A DNA stretch of 64,000 nucleotides from Mobula birostris (lineage: Eukaryota). The position numbers and the translations under genes were made by a program. Below, in pieces: positions 23,863 through 38,119 of the stretch (positions are counted from its first letter, which is position 1; each line of letters opens with the position of its first letter). The stretch is taken from positions 47,436,581-47,500,580 of the forward strand of contig NC_092388.1 of the NCBI RefSeq assembly GCF_030028105.1, given 5' to 3'. The notes under the pieces are model-generated. The model was given only the letters and a program-made list of their open reading frames with translations. It was not told where the DNA came from and ran no database searches.

Positions 23863-26800
23863 GTGATAATATGATAGAATTCACTCTGAGGTTTGAGAGG
23901 GAGAAGCTAAACTCTGATGTATCAGTAATAACAGTGGAGTAAAGGGAATTACAGAGGCATGAGAGAGGAGTGGGCCATATTTGATTGGAAAGGGACACGA
24001 GCAGGGTTGATGGCTGAACAGTAATGGCTGGAGTTTCTGGGAGCAATTCGAAAGGCACAGGACAGATACATCCCAAAGAAGAAGAAGCATTCTAAAGGGA
24101 GAATGAAAGGTCGGAAGGTTGATAGGCTACACCCCAGTGTTCTGAAAGAGGTAGCTAAAGAAATTATAGAGACATTAGTAATGCTCTTTTAAGAATCACT
24201 AGATTCCAGAACGGTTCCAGAACACTGGAGAAATGAAAATACAACTCCACTCTTTAAGAAGTGTGGGAGGCAGAAAAAAGGAAAATATTAGCCAGTTAGC
24301 CTGACTGTAGTGGATGGGAAGATATTGGAGTCCATTATTCACAATTAGATTTCAGGCTGCTTGGAAGCATATGATAAAATAGGCTAAAGTTAGCTTAGTT
24401 TCCTTTATGGATAATTTTGCCCTGACAAATATGCTGAAATTCTTTGATGAAATAAAAGGCAGGATAGACAAAGGAGAGTCAGAGGATGTTGTTTACTTGG
24501 ATTTTCAGAAGGACTTCGATACGGTGCTGCACATGAGGCTGCTTAACATGATAGAAGCCCGTGGTATTACAGGAAAGATGCATGGATAGAATTACAGCAT
24601 TGGATAGAAGATTGGCTGACTGGCAGGAAGGAAAGCATGGGAATAAGGGGGGCCTTTTCTGACTGACTGCCAGTGACGAGTGGTTTACTGCAGGGGTCAT
24701 TGTTGTGACCACTTCCTTTCAAATTATATGACAAGAATTTTGATGATAGAATCGATGGTTTTGTGGTCGTTTGCAGATGATATGAAGATAGGTGGAAGAA
24801 GATAATGTTGAAGAAATAGGGAGTCTGCAGATGGGCTTAGACAGATTAGGAGAATGGGCAAAGGAGTAGCAGATGGAATATAGTGTAGGGAAGTGTATGG
24901 TAATGTACTTTGGTAGAAGGAATAAATGTGTAGACTATTTTCTAAACGAGGAGAAAATTCAGCAATCAGAGGTACAACGGGACTTTGGAATCGTTGTATG
25001 GGATTCCCTAAAGGTTAACTTGCAGGTTGAGTTGGCGGTTAAGGAAGCCAAATGCAATGCTATCATTCATTTTGAGAGGACTAGAATAAAAAGCAAGGAT
25101 ATAATGGTGATGCTTTATGAGATATTGGTTGGACCACACTTATAGTAATGTGAGCAGTTTTGGACCTTATCTAAGAAAAGATATGTCGGCATTGGGGAGG
25201 TTTCAGAGGAGATTCACAAGAATGATTCCGGTAATGGAAGAATTATTGTATGAGGTGCTTTTGATGACTCTGGGCCCAAACCTGCTAGAGCTTAGAAGAA
25301 TAATGGGTGGATCTCATTGAAACCTATCAAATGTTGAAAAGCCTAGACAGAGTGGATGTGGAAAAAATGTTTCCTGTATTAGGGGAGTCGAAGACCAGAG
25401 GGCACAGCCTCAGAATTGTGGGCCGTCCATTTAGAACAGAGATGAAGAGGAATTTCTTTAGCCAGAGGTTGGAGAATCAGTAGAATTCATTGCCACAGAC
25501 AGCTGTGGAGGCCAAGTCATCGGGTATATTTAAAGAGGAGGTTGATAGGTTCTTGATTAGTCAGGGCATCAAAGGTTATGAGGAGAAGGCAGGAGAAGGG
25601 GGTTGACAGGGATAATAAATCAGTCATGATGGAATGGCTGAGCAGACTCAATGGGCCAAACGGCTTATAGTCTTATAGTATTATGGAACCTACTAGCTCA
25701 TTGTTATCTACTTTGCCTGGTACAGCCTCTGAAAACTCACATATTTGTCAATCAAGCACCCACTTTATAAACTCTCAGTGACTCTAGCCAATGCTATTAT
25801 TATTTTCTAAGTGTCCTGTGGCATCTTCCTTAAAGTCGAACCAAGCACTTGTTCCACTGTTGATTTCAGGTTAACTGACTGGTTGAATCTCCATTCTCCT
25901 TTCTCCTTTTCTTAAATCCCTCGTTTATATTTGTTGTCTTCCAGTTCATGGAAACTGTTCTACAATGCATGACTTTATGCAAAATATCAACTAGTGCACC
26001 TGTTATTTCTATTGCCATCTTGTTTTAAACCTTAGGAAGCAGAACATCATGCCATGGGGATTTATCAAATTTCAATCTCTTTAAAGTTCTCCAGTACTAT
26101 ATTTGTATGAATGCTAATTTCTTACAGCCTCTCATTCACTCTAAACTTGATCCTCTCTGTTGTTTCCAGGAAGTTTTTTTTCTCCAATGTTGGTCACTTT
26201 GCCACTATGTCTCTGGAATGACGAATCAATTTCACATATTTATTCTTTTATTCTTGCCAGAAGAATTTTGTGCAGAGGAATTTATTGCAATGCCTTGGTC
26301 AATCCTTGTGTATACAGCTGTTCATATAAGGAGCAGGGGTAACACCAATGTTATGTTAGTGTGTTCGGGTTAAGGGAACACAGTGTAGTAAAAGGAAGCA
26401 GAATAGCTGTCTAGGATTTTCTATCTGGAACAGTGTCTGGGAAGTTTCAATGAGGCTGTACATTATAGGATCTAATAAGAGGATGGGAGAGCCATTGAGA
26501 TAATATATACTCAAGGAGATTTGTCATAAGCTCTCTGGTGATGTTACAATTCACTTTGGTGAACTTCCAGGAGTGCCCTACCAACTTAACGCCCTAGAGG
26601 ACTTAGAAAAGAATTAAAGAGGAATGACATTGCAGCTATATAAGACGTGTGTCATAGTGTCACAGCAATTTGTTTCACAATTGATTGAATAGTGCCTGAA
26701 AATACCAATGTCATTATATATTCTCAAATGGATACAATGAGTGGTTGACAAGAGGTGCACTAAAGACAATGGCTCACTTTAAGTTTACTGTTGTCTATGT

Positions 26801-27165
26801 CCTAACACTGGCTTACAGAGGTGAAAGAACAAATTGCCCTATCCTGGTATAGCAGGAGATGGCTTGAGGGAAATCAGGAACATGAATTTAAAAAAAAAAG
26901 CTGCAAAAGTATTCCTTCTTGGAAAAAAGATATTCTTCAGGTAAAGGCCAGGGGAGTTAAACTAATTGATTTTTGTGCTTTCAGTTAGTTTGCATAAGTG
27001 CATCTGCGAAGATGCACTTAGTTGCAGCACAGTTTGACTATATTCATCAAAGTTATGCCCCGGGGCACAACATGCAGGTACACTTATATCTTGCAAAACA
27101 TAAACAGTTTTAGTGACATCATATGCCCCTCTTCAAAGGGCTAAGTCTGACATCAGGGTTACCAA

Positions 27166-27260
27166 TCTCTCTGTCTCTCTCTCCCTCTTTCTGTCTCTCT
27201 GTCTCTCTAACTCTCTCTGTCTCTCTCTCTCTCTCTCTTCCTCTCCTTCTCTCCCTCTCT
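27166..27260 (+). repeat. Imperfect (CT)n microsatellite
   Basis: Directly visible. Confidence 0.9.
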
Positions 27261-27818
27261 ACCCCTTCTACAATCAGACCAGTTAGTTTCTAACAACTAT
27301 TTATTTTTCTTACGTGTCTGTACACCTCACAGCACCTTGCTGCCAATGCCTGGTAACTACTCCACCCTGATACATTGATTAATCCCTGATTCTCTCGCTA
27401 TGGCCAGGCCACTGCCAACTGATTACTGGAACTAGCCTTTATGCAGCTGATTTGAGCGTACAATGTTTGTTCATTATTCCCTTATCTTCAATGATGATCA
27501 AATAGTGTCGAACAGTGACTTCCATTGGGTTGTAGCTCGGATTTCTTTTTTAATTGCTTTTTAGGTTTGTAAGGGTGGTTTTGGGACAGAGAGGGGAGTT
27601 AGGGTTTAGGGACAGGGATGTGGGGAATTAGAGATCAGGATAACCCTAAGTCTCTGCTCTTCATTTGAAGACCAGTGACATGGTCATGGGACATCTACGG
27701 TTGGATGTCAGTTTGACAGAGAGCGGACGAGGGTCTCCTAGGTCAGTGAAATATCGCCAGGTTCCAGAGTTGGGCAGAAGGATTGTGTTCTGTCGTTCCC
27801 CCTGGGTTCACAAGTTAA

Positions 27819-28492
27819 TAGAAACATAGAAACATAGAAAATAGGTGCAGGAGTAGGCCATTCGGCCCTTCGAGCCTGCACCGCCATTTATTATGATCAT
27901 GGCTGATCATCCAACTCAGAACCCTGCCCCAGCCTTCCCTCCATACCCCCTGATCCCCGTAGCCACAAGGGCCATATCTAACTCCCTCTTGAATATAGCC
28001 AATGAACTGGCCTCAACTGTTTCCTGTGGCAGAGAATTCCACAGATTCACCACTCTCTGTGTGAAGAAGTTTTTCCTAATCTCAGTCCTAAAAGGCTTCC
28101 CCCTTATCCTCAGACTGTGACCCCTCGTTCTGGACTTCCCCAACATCGGGAACAATCTTCCTGCATCTAGCCTGTCCAATCCCTTTAGGATTTTATACGT
28201 TTCAATCAGATCCCCCCCTCAATCTTCTAAATTCCAATGAGTACAAGTCTAGTTCATCCAGTCTTTCTCCATATGAAAGTCCTGCCATCCCAGGAATCAA
28301 TCTGGTGAACCTTCTTTGTACTCCCTCTATGGCAAGGATGTCTTTCCTCAGATTAGGGGACCAAAACTGCACACAATACTCCAGGTGTGGTCTCACCAAG
28401 GCCTTGTACAACTGCAGTAGTACCTCCCTGCTCCTGTACTCAAATCCTCTCGCTATAAATGCCAGCATACCATTCGCCTTTTTCACCGCCTG
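27819..28492 (-). mobile_element. Young 5'-truncated CR1 LINE
   Basis: LYKALVRPHLEYCVQFWSP, FFTQRVVNLWNSLP; (GAAACATA)n at the left end is the minus-strand tail. Confidence 0.95.
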
Positions 28493-29689
28493 CAGAATTT
28501 AAGGCCTTGTGTGTGGGGTCCTGTCATTGTCAAGACCAAAGTTCAATTGATTGGTGATCAGTTTGTTCTAGGATCAATGCCAAGTATGGCGGTCCAAGAG
28601 TTGAATTGGAAGTCCAGGTGTTGAGGCCTGTTGGCCAGAGTTGAGCCTGTGAATCTCTGTGAGTCTGCTAGGGAAGTCAAAGCCAAAGGCTGCAAGCTTG
28701 AGTCGGCTGGAGGCCTGTTCTAGGCGTAAAGAGCTGTTTGGTGGGAGGAAGGAATGGGGCTTCTCTTTGCTGCTGTTGATGTGTTGCTTGTTGTATTGCG
28801 TGTTGCTCTGCCAAGCATTATGGGTATGTCATGTTGGCACCCGAATGTTTGGTGACACTGGAGGCTGCCCTGTGCACACTGTTAGGTATGTTGGTTGCTA
28901 ATGCAAATGACAGATTTCACTGTATGTTTTGATGTACACACAACAAATAAATTTGAATCTTTGGCCTTTGACATCATTGGATTTCCCTGTGTTGAGCCCA
29001 CAGACACATTCTTTCATTGGCCCACCACAATCCATCACATCAATCCAACCAAAAAGACATCTATCAATTTCTATATAATTTGGTTGTGTAATAACACATT
29101 CTTCACAACTGTATACTTCAGATTTACTATTACTAGCAATTAATGGATGGAAGTTGTTCTTTGATTAGACCATTTAAGCAGCCTTGGATTTAAAAACTTT
29201 AAAATCTTGGAGTTTGGTAGGGTCTGGCCTAAGAGTTTAAGTTCCATCCTGTGCATTAACAGGAAGAAACATTCCCTGTGAATTGTATCTATGTGTTATG
29301 TATTTGAAGAGGAGGAAGCTATAACAGAAAGCTACTTTACACTTCTGATTTTCAGTAGCAATGTCCAAATATTGTTCATTCCAGGCAAACTTAAAATAAG
29401 TCAGCTGGATGATTAGGTAGACTCAGATGAGATTTATTTTAATCTCTGATGTGCTTGAAGGATAATATCCAACCTAACAAAGTATCTTGGGAGAACAGCT
29501 TTAGCTGTCCAGAAAATGAATATACCCTGTGTTCTCTAGTCACTGGGCAGTGTTAGTAGGGCCGAGGCTTGCTTTAGCAGGATCTTGCCAGCACAGATAA
29601 GCTGTTCTTGTGATGAGGAGGAAAATATTTAGAATTAAATAGTAGATGAACACACAGCTCTTTCTCCTTTTGAATTCAAACCACTTGGC

Positions 29690-30140
29690 ATGGTTACCTC
29701 TCCCCTAATTGTTCCTGTTGTCACCTTCCTTGTCAGATTAAGCTTTGCGTTCCTGATAATCACACTCTAATAACAGTCTTCACCTTAATCCTCTCAATTC
29801 TGGGCTCCATCTTCCATTTTTTTTGGTCTCCTCCATTTATTATCCATCCTCCTTCCTCTGTCTTCCAATTTCACCCCTGCCTTGTCTGGCTTGATCTGTC
29901 CACCATCTTTCATCACCCACCACCCGTAAATCTCTGGCCCCTTAATTATGAATCCATTCCTCCCCTTTATGCAATCTATTTCTTCTTCCCTCTCAGTCCT
30001 GTTACAGGGTTTAAACCTAAAACATTAGCAATTCCTCATCTTCCTCCCCACCACCAACAGATGCTGCTCGACCTGCTGAATTCTTCCAGCAGATTGCTGG
30101 TTGATGTAGATTCCAGCATCTGCGGTCTCTTGTATCTCTA
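29690..30140 (+). mobile_element. Old Penelope terminal fragment
   Basis: cagtcctgttacagggtttaaacctaaaac (decayed hammerhead), gatgctgctcgacctgctgaattcttccagca, attccagcatctgc. Confidence 0.7.
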
Positions 30141-30844
30141 TCCATGTATGGTTAGGGATTCATGTAATCAGACTGCTTACAGATTGGAGAAAAAAAATTA
30201 CTGCTCCTCACTGAAGCATTCCACAAGTTTATGTGTGGTACAGGAGAACATCATGCAGCCCATTGTGAATGAATTGGTTGATAGCGAATCCCACTCTACA
30301 GTACCAGCTCCATACCCTGCAGGTCACAACTGTTCATGTGCTCATCCAAATGCTTTTTAAATAAGATGCGAGTCCTGCCTCCACCTCCCCTTCACATAAT
30401 GAGTTCTATCATTTTTGGGTGTAAAGGATTTTCTTGCTGTGCTTAGGGAAATCAGCGCTTGTTATTTTGCATAGTCTCAGCTTCCCACAATTGTACACAC
30501 ATCAATTAAGTCTATGGTTTCCAAAGAAAACTATCCCAGCTCTCCAAGCCTTCCTCAGATCTAAAATCTTCCAGTTCTCTTCACATCCTGATGAACCAGC
30601 TTCGCACCTTCTCCTGTACAATCACATTTTTGCTGTGTTATAGTGACCAGAAGTGTTTAAGATTCTGAGATAATTTCCCTGCTCTTATATTCTTCACCTC
30701 GTGAAGAAGGAATGTCTGATTAATCACTTCATTGATTTGTCCATCTATCATTAAGTTCTGAGGATATAAATACCTTATTTGTTGAGGTAGTTTCACTGAA
30801 AATCAACATTAGAAGGTCTGACTTATCAATTCAATGGCATATCT

Positions 30845-31529
30845 GGGGGAGAAGATGGCAGCGCGACGGCAGCGTGCGCGTCCTCCCCGGTGATTGATGT
30901 CTGTAATCTGTCAAGTAGGGGACCGTGCACAATTTTGATTTGATGGAGACGGATGTGAGAGTACGGAGGAACATCCGGAACACTTCTGAAATGCCCGCTT
31001 TGCTGCTGCTGCTACTGTGTGGTAACCAGAATCTCTGGAGCAGAAGGCCCGGAATCCTCGGCTTTGCTTGTTTCAGCGGCTGGGGCTAGGTCGAAGGCGC
31101 TCGGCAGAGGATGGCACTCTGGAGGCTGTATCGGAGGGGCTGGTCGGAGGCTCGAAGTTTTCGGACGGAAGGACTCAGTGTCGGCTGTGGTCGGCTGCTT
31201 CCAAGGCATTGGCAGTTGACGGTGCCTGGAGGTTTATGGCAGGGAGTTTCTCCCTTTTGCCGCCTGCTATCGGGGACTCGGGTGTAGATCGACTCGGGGA
31301 CTTTGAGACTTTTTTTACCGTGCCCATGGTTTGTTGTTCATTAAATTATGGTATTGCTTTGCACTGCTGTAACTATATGTTTTAATTATGTAGTTCTGTC
31401 AGTGTTAGTCTTTGGTTTGTCCTGTTTTCTGTGATATCACTCCGGAGAAACATTGTATCATTTCTTAATGCATGTATGCATTTCTAAATGACAATAAAAG
31501 GGGACTGAGTGTTCTCATAATCTAATCTA
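30845..31529 (+). mobile_element. Non-coding retroposon with CpG-rich head and (AATCT)n tail
   Basis: Begins ggggga-gAAGATGGCagcg; ATATCT duplicated at 30839-30844 and 31530-31535; second copy at 7651-7923. Confidence 0.8.
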
Positions 31530-32319
31530 ATATCTGCCTGATTGAAAGATTAAAACTTGTGCTGAAGGCTGGAATGGCATTTCTGCCTGATGGATTATAA
31601 GCCATTTGTGTCTGATTGGAGGGAATGCAAGATGGATGGTTGGGGACTCAATAATGGTAATGCCATCAAAAGACACTCTAGATGTTGAAACCACCTTTGT
31701 TGGAAATGGTTGTAGCCTAGCACTTCTGTGGTGTGAATTATCTGGCCAGATCAGAATGTTTTGTAGATCTTTCTGCGTGGAGGCATGGAATGTTTCATTT
31801 GCTGAGGAGTCTTGAATGGAATTCTACAAGACAAGGACCTCCAGACCTTTCGGTATTGTCCTATTTACTGTACAGTCCCTTGCATGGCTGCATCTCTGAA
31901 AATATGTGACCTCACTCTTCTCTGGATTAAATTCCATCTGTGGCATTTTTTCTCAACTGATGAGACCATATCCACTTCCCTGGAGTTGGAGGTATTCCTT
32001 CTCACTGACTGCTGCTTGGCTATTTTTTAATATCTGCAAATTTCTTAACGGCAGTGCAGCAAGTGGGAAAATGTGCATGTTGGTTCTTTGGGCTTTGCCT
32101 TAAGTCAGATAGTTGTGTAAATATGAAGCTCATCGTGAACTGGAAGGGCATGAAAATGACAAAAGGTTAAAAACCTGAAATTCTCCACCTTAATAGGTGC
32201 TGAAGTATATCTGCTCTTCGTCACTTAAACCTCCTCCCTTTGGGCATAATTTGATGACCTCAAGATGATTACATGTCCTTAGCCCAATATAAACTGTTGT
32301 CAAATGCACCACCACAAAT

Positions 32320-32765
32320 AGGTAACTTCTGGTAATTTTTTCTTTATTCATCTTCTCTCTTTTTCCATTCTCCTATCTGGTCATCCTTTCACCACCTTCC
32401 TCTGATGCTCCTTCTCCTTTCCTTTCTTTCATGGTCTACTGTCCTCTCCTATCAGGTTTCTTATTCCTCAGTCCTTTGCCTCTTCCACCTATCACCTCCC
32501 AGCTTTTGACTTCATCCTCCTCTCCCGCTCACCCACCTTCTCTCTCTTCTGGTTCCACCTATTACCTTCCAGTCTGTACTCCTCTCCTTGCCCCACTTTC
32601 TTGGTCTGTCTTCATTTCCATTCCTTTCCAGTCCAGATGAGAGGTCTCGGCCCGAAATATTGACTGTTAGTTCCCCTCCACAGATACTGCTTGACTTACT
32701 GAGTTGTTCCAGCATTTTGTGTGTATACTCAAGATTTCCAGCATCTGCAGAATCTCTTGTGTTTA
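32320..32765 (+). mobile_element. Penelope terminal fragment with hammerhead-like motif at ~32629-32666
   Basis: cagtc-cagatga-gaggtctcggccc-gaaa-tatt-gactg, then the conserved tail ttccagcatctgcagaatctcttgtg. Confidence 0.85.
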
Positions 32766-35059
32766 TTATCAATCACCATGTTAGATAAGTCCAGTTGTTG
32801 GGGGCGGGGGGAGGGGCGTGTTTCGAGCAGAATTTGCTCATTATTTCATTCTTGGAAGGAGGTGGAGATGATGACTCTTTTAAACAAAATAGTTTGTATC
32901 TTTGTTCAAGTTGTGAGCTGCAGGGTCAGGAATATATCGAGATGAACTCTTACCCAAGAAGCTTAAAAAAAATGCCCCCACGTATTTGGTAGTGGGCTCA
33001 GATCTAACATAGACTGGGTTTCAGCTGGTTTTATATTCATTGTGGCCATATTATGATTGAGAAATTTGTCTGTCAATTTATACCTGGGTAGAGGAGAAAG
33101 AAATGTGTCTCATAAAAGTGGAATAAATGGTGTATGCAAACTTCAGAATTTAGAAGCCGGTCATTCTGCCTCATCATACCGTGAGTGCAGTCAGCTCTCT
33201 CTAGGTTGACATGTGTAGCTGTCTCTGAAGTAAAGAATCAGTATCTGTGCAGGCAAAAACAGCCCTAATCCATCTACGTAAATCAATGCAAATAGATTTG
33301 ATCCTTGCAGTATGAGCTGACTTTATATCACACAAAACATGTTTTCACTTTGACTTAGGGAAATAGATACGCTTGGGCCAAAAGTTCAATGTTCGCTTTG
33401 GTGCATTTCTTTAGTAGTTTCCTACGCCTGATGTTGACCTGAACAAACAGTCATGAAAGTACAACAGAATGAAATTTTGTTCACTGTTTTAAACCTGGCA
33501 TTTGCCGCCTTCTGCAGAGCTATGAGTTTCCACCTTTGTTCCCCATGCCACCGTCTCCTCCTAACCTTGCTGTGAGTTTGTGGAGTTCTCAACTTCAACA
33601 GTACTCCCCATTGGAAATGGGACTTCGCAGGGCACAGTTCCATTTGCTGTGCTGAACATCTTTCATCTTAATTACCAGTGCAGCGTGTCCCCAGCGAGCA
33701 GGCAAACCACTTGGTGTTGGTATCTCACTGTCAATGGTTCCATTGTCAATTCTCCACCTGCTTGGTAAATAGTAAATTGATCTCCAGAGTGGAGTCTTTA
33801 TGGATTTGATAATAAGAGGATGTTTCTCCTGGGATGAAGTCAGGAACTAAAAAGCAGAGTCTTTGAAAAAAGACAGAGGTGAGTGTTAGCGAGTAATGGC
33901 CTGGCATGGCATATTGCTGAGAAAGTGCTGAGACAATGTGGATAAGTTGGTTCAAAAGGCATTTTTAGCTAAATCACTAAACCAAGAAGAAACCTAAGCT
34001 ACTTTCACCCTCAATTACACATCAGCTACTAATTTCTTCCCTCAAAAGGTTGTGAATTTTTGGATTTTCTACTCCATTGGCTGTGGATGCTGAATCATCA
34101 GGCCAGATCACACCTGCTGTGGCAAGCAGATCTGGAGAGAAATGCTGGCATTTAGCCATTTGTAGCTAAGAACCTTCCAAACCTACTGAAAGTCTGATAC
34201 ATGCTGAGTGACAGATGTTGGTGCATCTGTTACTCCACTGCTGAGCTTCAGGAGGAAGCAACCTCTGTGATCCTGTGCCAGCAGGACATGGCATGGACAG
34301 TGTCAGAGTTCTCCTTCATTTCTGATCTGGCATCAAGGAGGTACATTAGATTAAGTCTTTCTTTACATACTTCACTCTTTCTTAATGTTCTATTGTATCT
34401 TCTTGCATTTTCATCAAATTTATTAGTTTTGTATTTTTTTAATGTTTTACATTTTAAAAGACTTGGTCCCAAGCCTTGTCTTTTCTTGATGGTTTCAGGG
34501 CATTCTGGGCAGTGCCTCACTGGCTGGTCACCTGTCTTTTGCTGTAGAAGTCTTGTTGTGCTTTGTTGCCTGACCTGTAGGTGAGGAGCCAGATTGCTGA
34601 GCCCCGGCATTGAACCAGACAAGTGCAAATAGTTGGGGTGGCTGGGTGGGGTGCTTCAGATGGCAGGTCAGTTGCCAGGTCAAATCCAGTTGGATCTGGT
34701 CTGGAAAAGAAGACAATGATGAAGTATAGAGGTTTCTTGTCCAAAAGCAGATTAAAATATTTTGGAGATTGGGCAGGGAAATGGAGTTCAGGCCAAAGAT
34801 TAGATCCAGTACTGAATGGCGAAGTAGGTTTGAGAACTTTATGGCCTACTCCTTCTATTCCTTAAATTATATCAGCGCTAAGAGGTTGACTTATGCTTGG
34901 AAATACCTCGTCATATTCCTGGAGAAGAATGAAAAAGTTTTATTGCATTTTAGCTTGGAAAAATCTGAACATTTTCATTTGCACGCTTTTAAATGAAACC
35001 AGCTTTATGGGATTGGTTTTTTATGGCTCTGTTTTCTGCACCTTTTTTGGTGTAAAGGC

Positions 35060-36600
35060 CAAAACGTAATGGCACAGGAATAGTCCCTTTGGCTTATAAT
35101 GATATGCTGAACTAATTAAACTAGTAATTAAATGCCTAACTGCACTAGTTCTTTCTGCCTATCAAAACCTATATCCCTCAATTTCACGTGCATATCTGAG
35201 AGATTCTTAAACACTTCTGTCAAATTTGCCTCTATTACCTCCCCTGGCAGAACATTCCAGGCATCAACCACTCTCTGTGTAAAAAGCTTGCTCCATATAT
35301 CTCCTTTGAAGCTAACCCTTCACACTTTAAATGCATGCCCTCTAGTATTACACTCTTTGGCTCTTGGTAAAAGATAATGGCTGTCTAATCTGTCAAGGCT
35401 GCTCATTATCTTAAACACTTCAAAAAGTAATCGATTCAGCATTCACCACTGCAGAGAAGACAGTCCTAATTTACATAGAACAGTAGAGCACTGGACAGTT
35501 TAGTCCATGATGTCATGCCTATCCTGATGTCAATATCTACTAAATGTCCCCTTGCTATTTATCATCCATATCTCTTCATCCCTTCATATTCCTATCTATC
35601 TACAAGTCTCTTAAACTCCACCAAACTGCCCAATACCACTATTACCCTTGGTAACCCATTCCATGAACCTATCACTCTCTGTGTTAAAAATTGCCCCTCC
35701 CTTTGCTTTTAAACTTTCATCCCTTTTGACTTTAAAAGCATGTCGTCTGGTATTTGACACTTCTACCCTAGGGAATATGGGTCTCTGACATTCTCAGGAG
35801 AAAAACCCAGGTTTATCCAAACTTTTTTATAGCTTATACCCTTGAATCCAAGCAGCATCCTATAGCCTTTCCACTGTCTAAGCACTCTTCATATGATGGA
35901 GCGAGCAGAACCACACACAATTCTTCAAATGCAGTGTAAAGTTTTCTATAGCTGCCCAATTACTTTCATACCTTTGAATAAAGTTCAAAGTTCAAAGGCC
36001 AAAGTGAATTTATTATCAAAGCACATATATGTTATTGTAAACTACTTTAGTATTCATTTTCCAAGCATGTACATATCTCTAAATGTATAAATAAATCCTA
36101 TCCCTAAGTGTCCTCTGCAATAGCTTTCCTACAACAAATGTGAGGCTAACTGGCCTATAATTACCTGGATTATCTTTATTTCCCTTCTTAAATAACATTT
36201 GCTACTCTCCAGACCTCTGGAACTTCACCAGAAAGATTGCCCAGCTTCTCATTGTAGCACATGTCCTCCTGGTAAACCTCATTTGCACCCTCTCCAAAGC
36301 CTACACATCCTTTCTGTAATAGGGTGACCAGAAATGAATGCAATACTCCATATGTGGCCGAAGCAAAAGTTTATAGAGCTGTGATATAATGTCCTAACTC
36401 TTGAACTCAGTGTCATGATTTATAAAACAGGCATGCCACATTTCTTTACCACCCTATCAACTTGTGCAGCAACTTTCAGGGAGCTATGGACTTGGACCTC
36501 AAGATCCTTCTGTACATCAACATTGTTAAGAGTCCTGCCATTAACTGCGGGCTGAGCCTTTACATTTGATTTGCCAAAGCTCAATAGCTCATACTTGCTC
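35060..36600 (-). mobile_element. Stack of old CR1 3' fragments
   Basis: Repeated attccaggcatcaaccactctctgtgtaaaa-type segments; gtgaccagaaatgaatgcaatactcca (reverse complement of an LEYC..FWSP motif). Confidence 0.7.
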
Positions 36601-36619
36601 TGAGCCCAAGTGTCTGAGT

Positions 36620-37330
36620 AGAGACACTAGTAAATGTAACACTTGTAATCTTTCAGAGTCTATTGGAAAATGTAACATCCATAGTTAAGAAAGGAGGAAT
36701 ACTGAAAGAAGGAAAGTTCAGGTCAGTTAACGCAACTTCAGCAATTGGGAAAGTGCTGGAACCTATTAAGGAAGTAGTAGTAAGAAAATTAGAAAATCAT
36801 AAGACAATCAGAGCCAATGTGGTTTTATTACATTTTTCCAGAGCTCATTGAGAATTCAACAAACAGGGTAGATGAAGGGGAACCACGAGAAGGATCGAAC
36901 CAGTATAATACGTATTTCCAGAAGATATTCTATACCGTGCTGAAACAGCACAATGAAAGAACTCATTGCATTGAAGGTAATATTTTACCACAGAGAGAAG
37001 ATTGGTTAATAAAAAAGAAAACAGAGAATTCAAATCAATGGATAATTTTTAGCCTGGAAAGCGATAACTAGTGGATCCACTGAGATCTCTGCTAGGGCTT
37101 TAAATATTTATGATCTATCTTAATAACAGATCAATTTGGGGTGTACTTAAGCCAAATAGCAAGATAAGTGGGAAAGTGAATGGGAAGGAAGATGCAAGGT
37201 GTCTACAAAGCAAGACAGATAAACTAAATTAAAAATAAAATAATAATAAATTAAGTTGAAATCAGTTATAGGTGGCAGTGAAGAGGCATACTGGAATGAG
37301 ATGGAAGCTTGACAAGATAAATACCAAAAG
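36620..37330 (+). mobile_element. Old CR1 ORF2 remnant
   Basis: NVTSIVKKGG..KFRSVNATSAIGKVLE; RVDEGEP..YFQKIF. Confidence 0.65.
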
Positions 37331-37369
37331 AATAGATTTCCTTATGTCTTTTTCCATATTTATTTGTGC

Positions 37370-37700
37370 CAAAGAAAGAAGCCATTGCGCCCATCAAGTC
37401 CACGCCATGTCTCAGGGTAATCTCATTAGTTTTTTTTCCAACTTATATATATCCCAATAACCTAATTTCTTTCAGGTGTCAATTAATTCCTCTAAACTCC
37501 CTTCCATCTATTTACACTAGGGGTAATTTACAGTGGTCAGTTAGCCAACCAATATATTTTTGGGATCTGGAAGGAGACTGGGGCCCCTGCGGAAACCACA
37601 CAGTTACAAGGAGAACGTGCACACTCCACACAGACGGTTCCCGGGGTCTGGATTGAACCAGGGTCACTAGAGCACTGGCTATTGCCTCACTGCACTGCCC
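37370..37700 (-). mobile_element. V-domain tRNA-derived SINE
   Basis: ggagaacgtgcacactccacacagac (V-domain core) followed by the box B complement ggattgaacc. Confidence 0.75.
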
Positions 37701-38119
37701 TTTATGGAGAATCTGGAACTAAAGGCATAGTTTTTAATAACAGTCACCAATTAAGCAACAGAGCAGGATAGACTGAATGCATTCATTCTAGGCAGAAGTA
37801 AGAGTTTTGTTCTATTGGGGAATCAAGAGTTTTGGGGGACAGGCAGCAAAGTGAAGCTGAGGTCAATGTCAGATCAACTATGATATTGTTGAATGGTAGT
37901 GTTGGGCTCAGGGCCACGTGGCATTCTCATGCTCCTGTTAATATGTTTTAATCTGTCCTAGCCCACTCCTAACTCATTGGCTGACACAGTAACACCGATA
38001 AACTCATCAGAACAACCTCTCTAACTCACTAATTATCCTTCAGGGAAGAAAATCTGCTCTCCTTACCCTGACGCACACCAATGTATTTGACTCTTAACTC
38101 CCACTGAAGTGTTTTATTT

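Larger units (their letters stand above)
21540..25687 (+). mobile_element. Long degenerate CR1 LINE (5' region, ORF1 with esterase-like domain, internally deleted ORF2)
   Basis: ORF1 KCFELQLL..ELELRL and AVVIVDSMVRGADRRFC; ORF2 DVVYLDFQKDFDTVLH, FADDMKIGG, KCMVMYFGRRN, QRRFTRMIP; CR1 tail; interrupted at 21872-22573 and 23545-23862. Confidence 0.9.
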
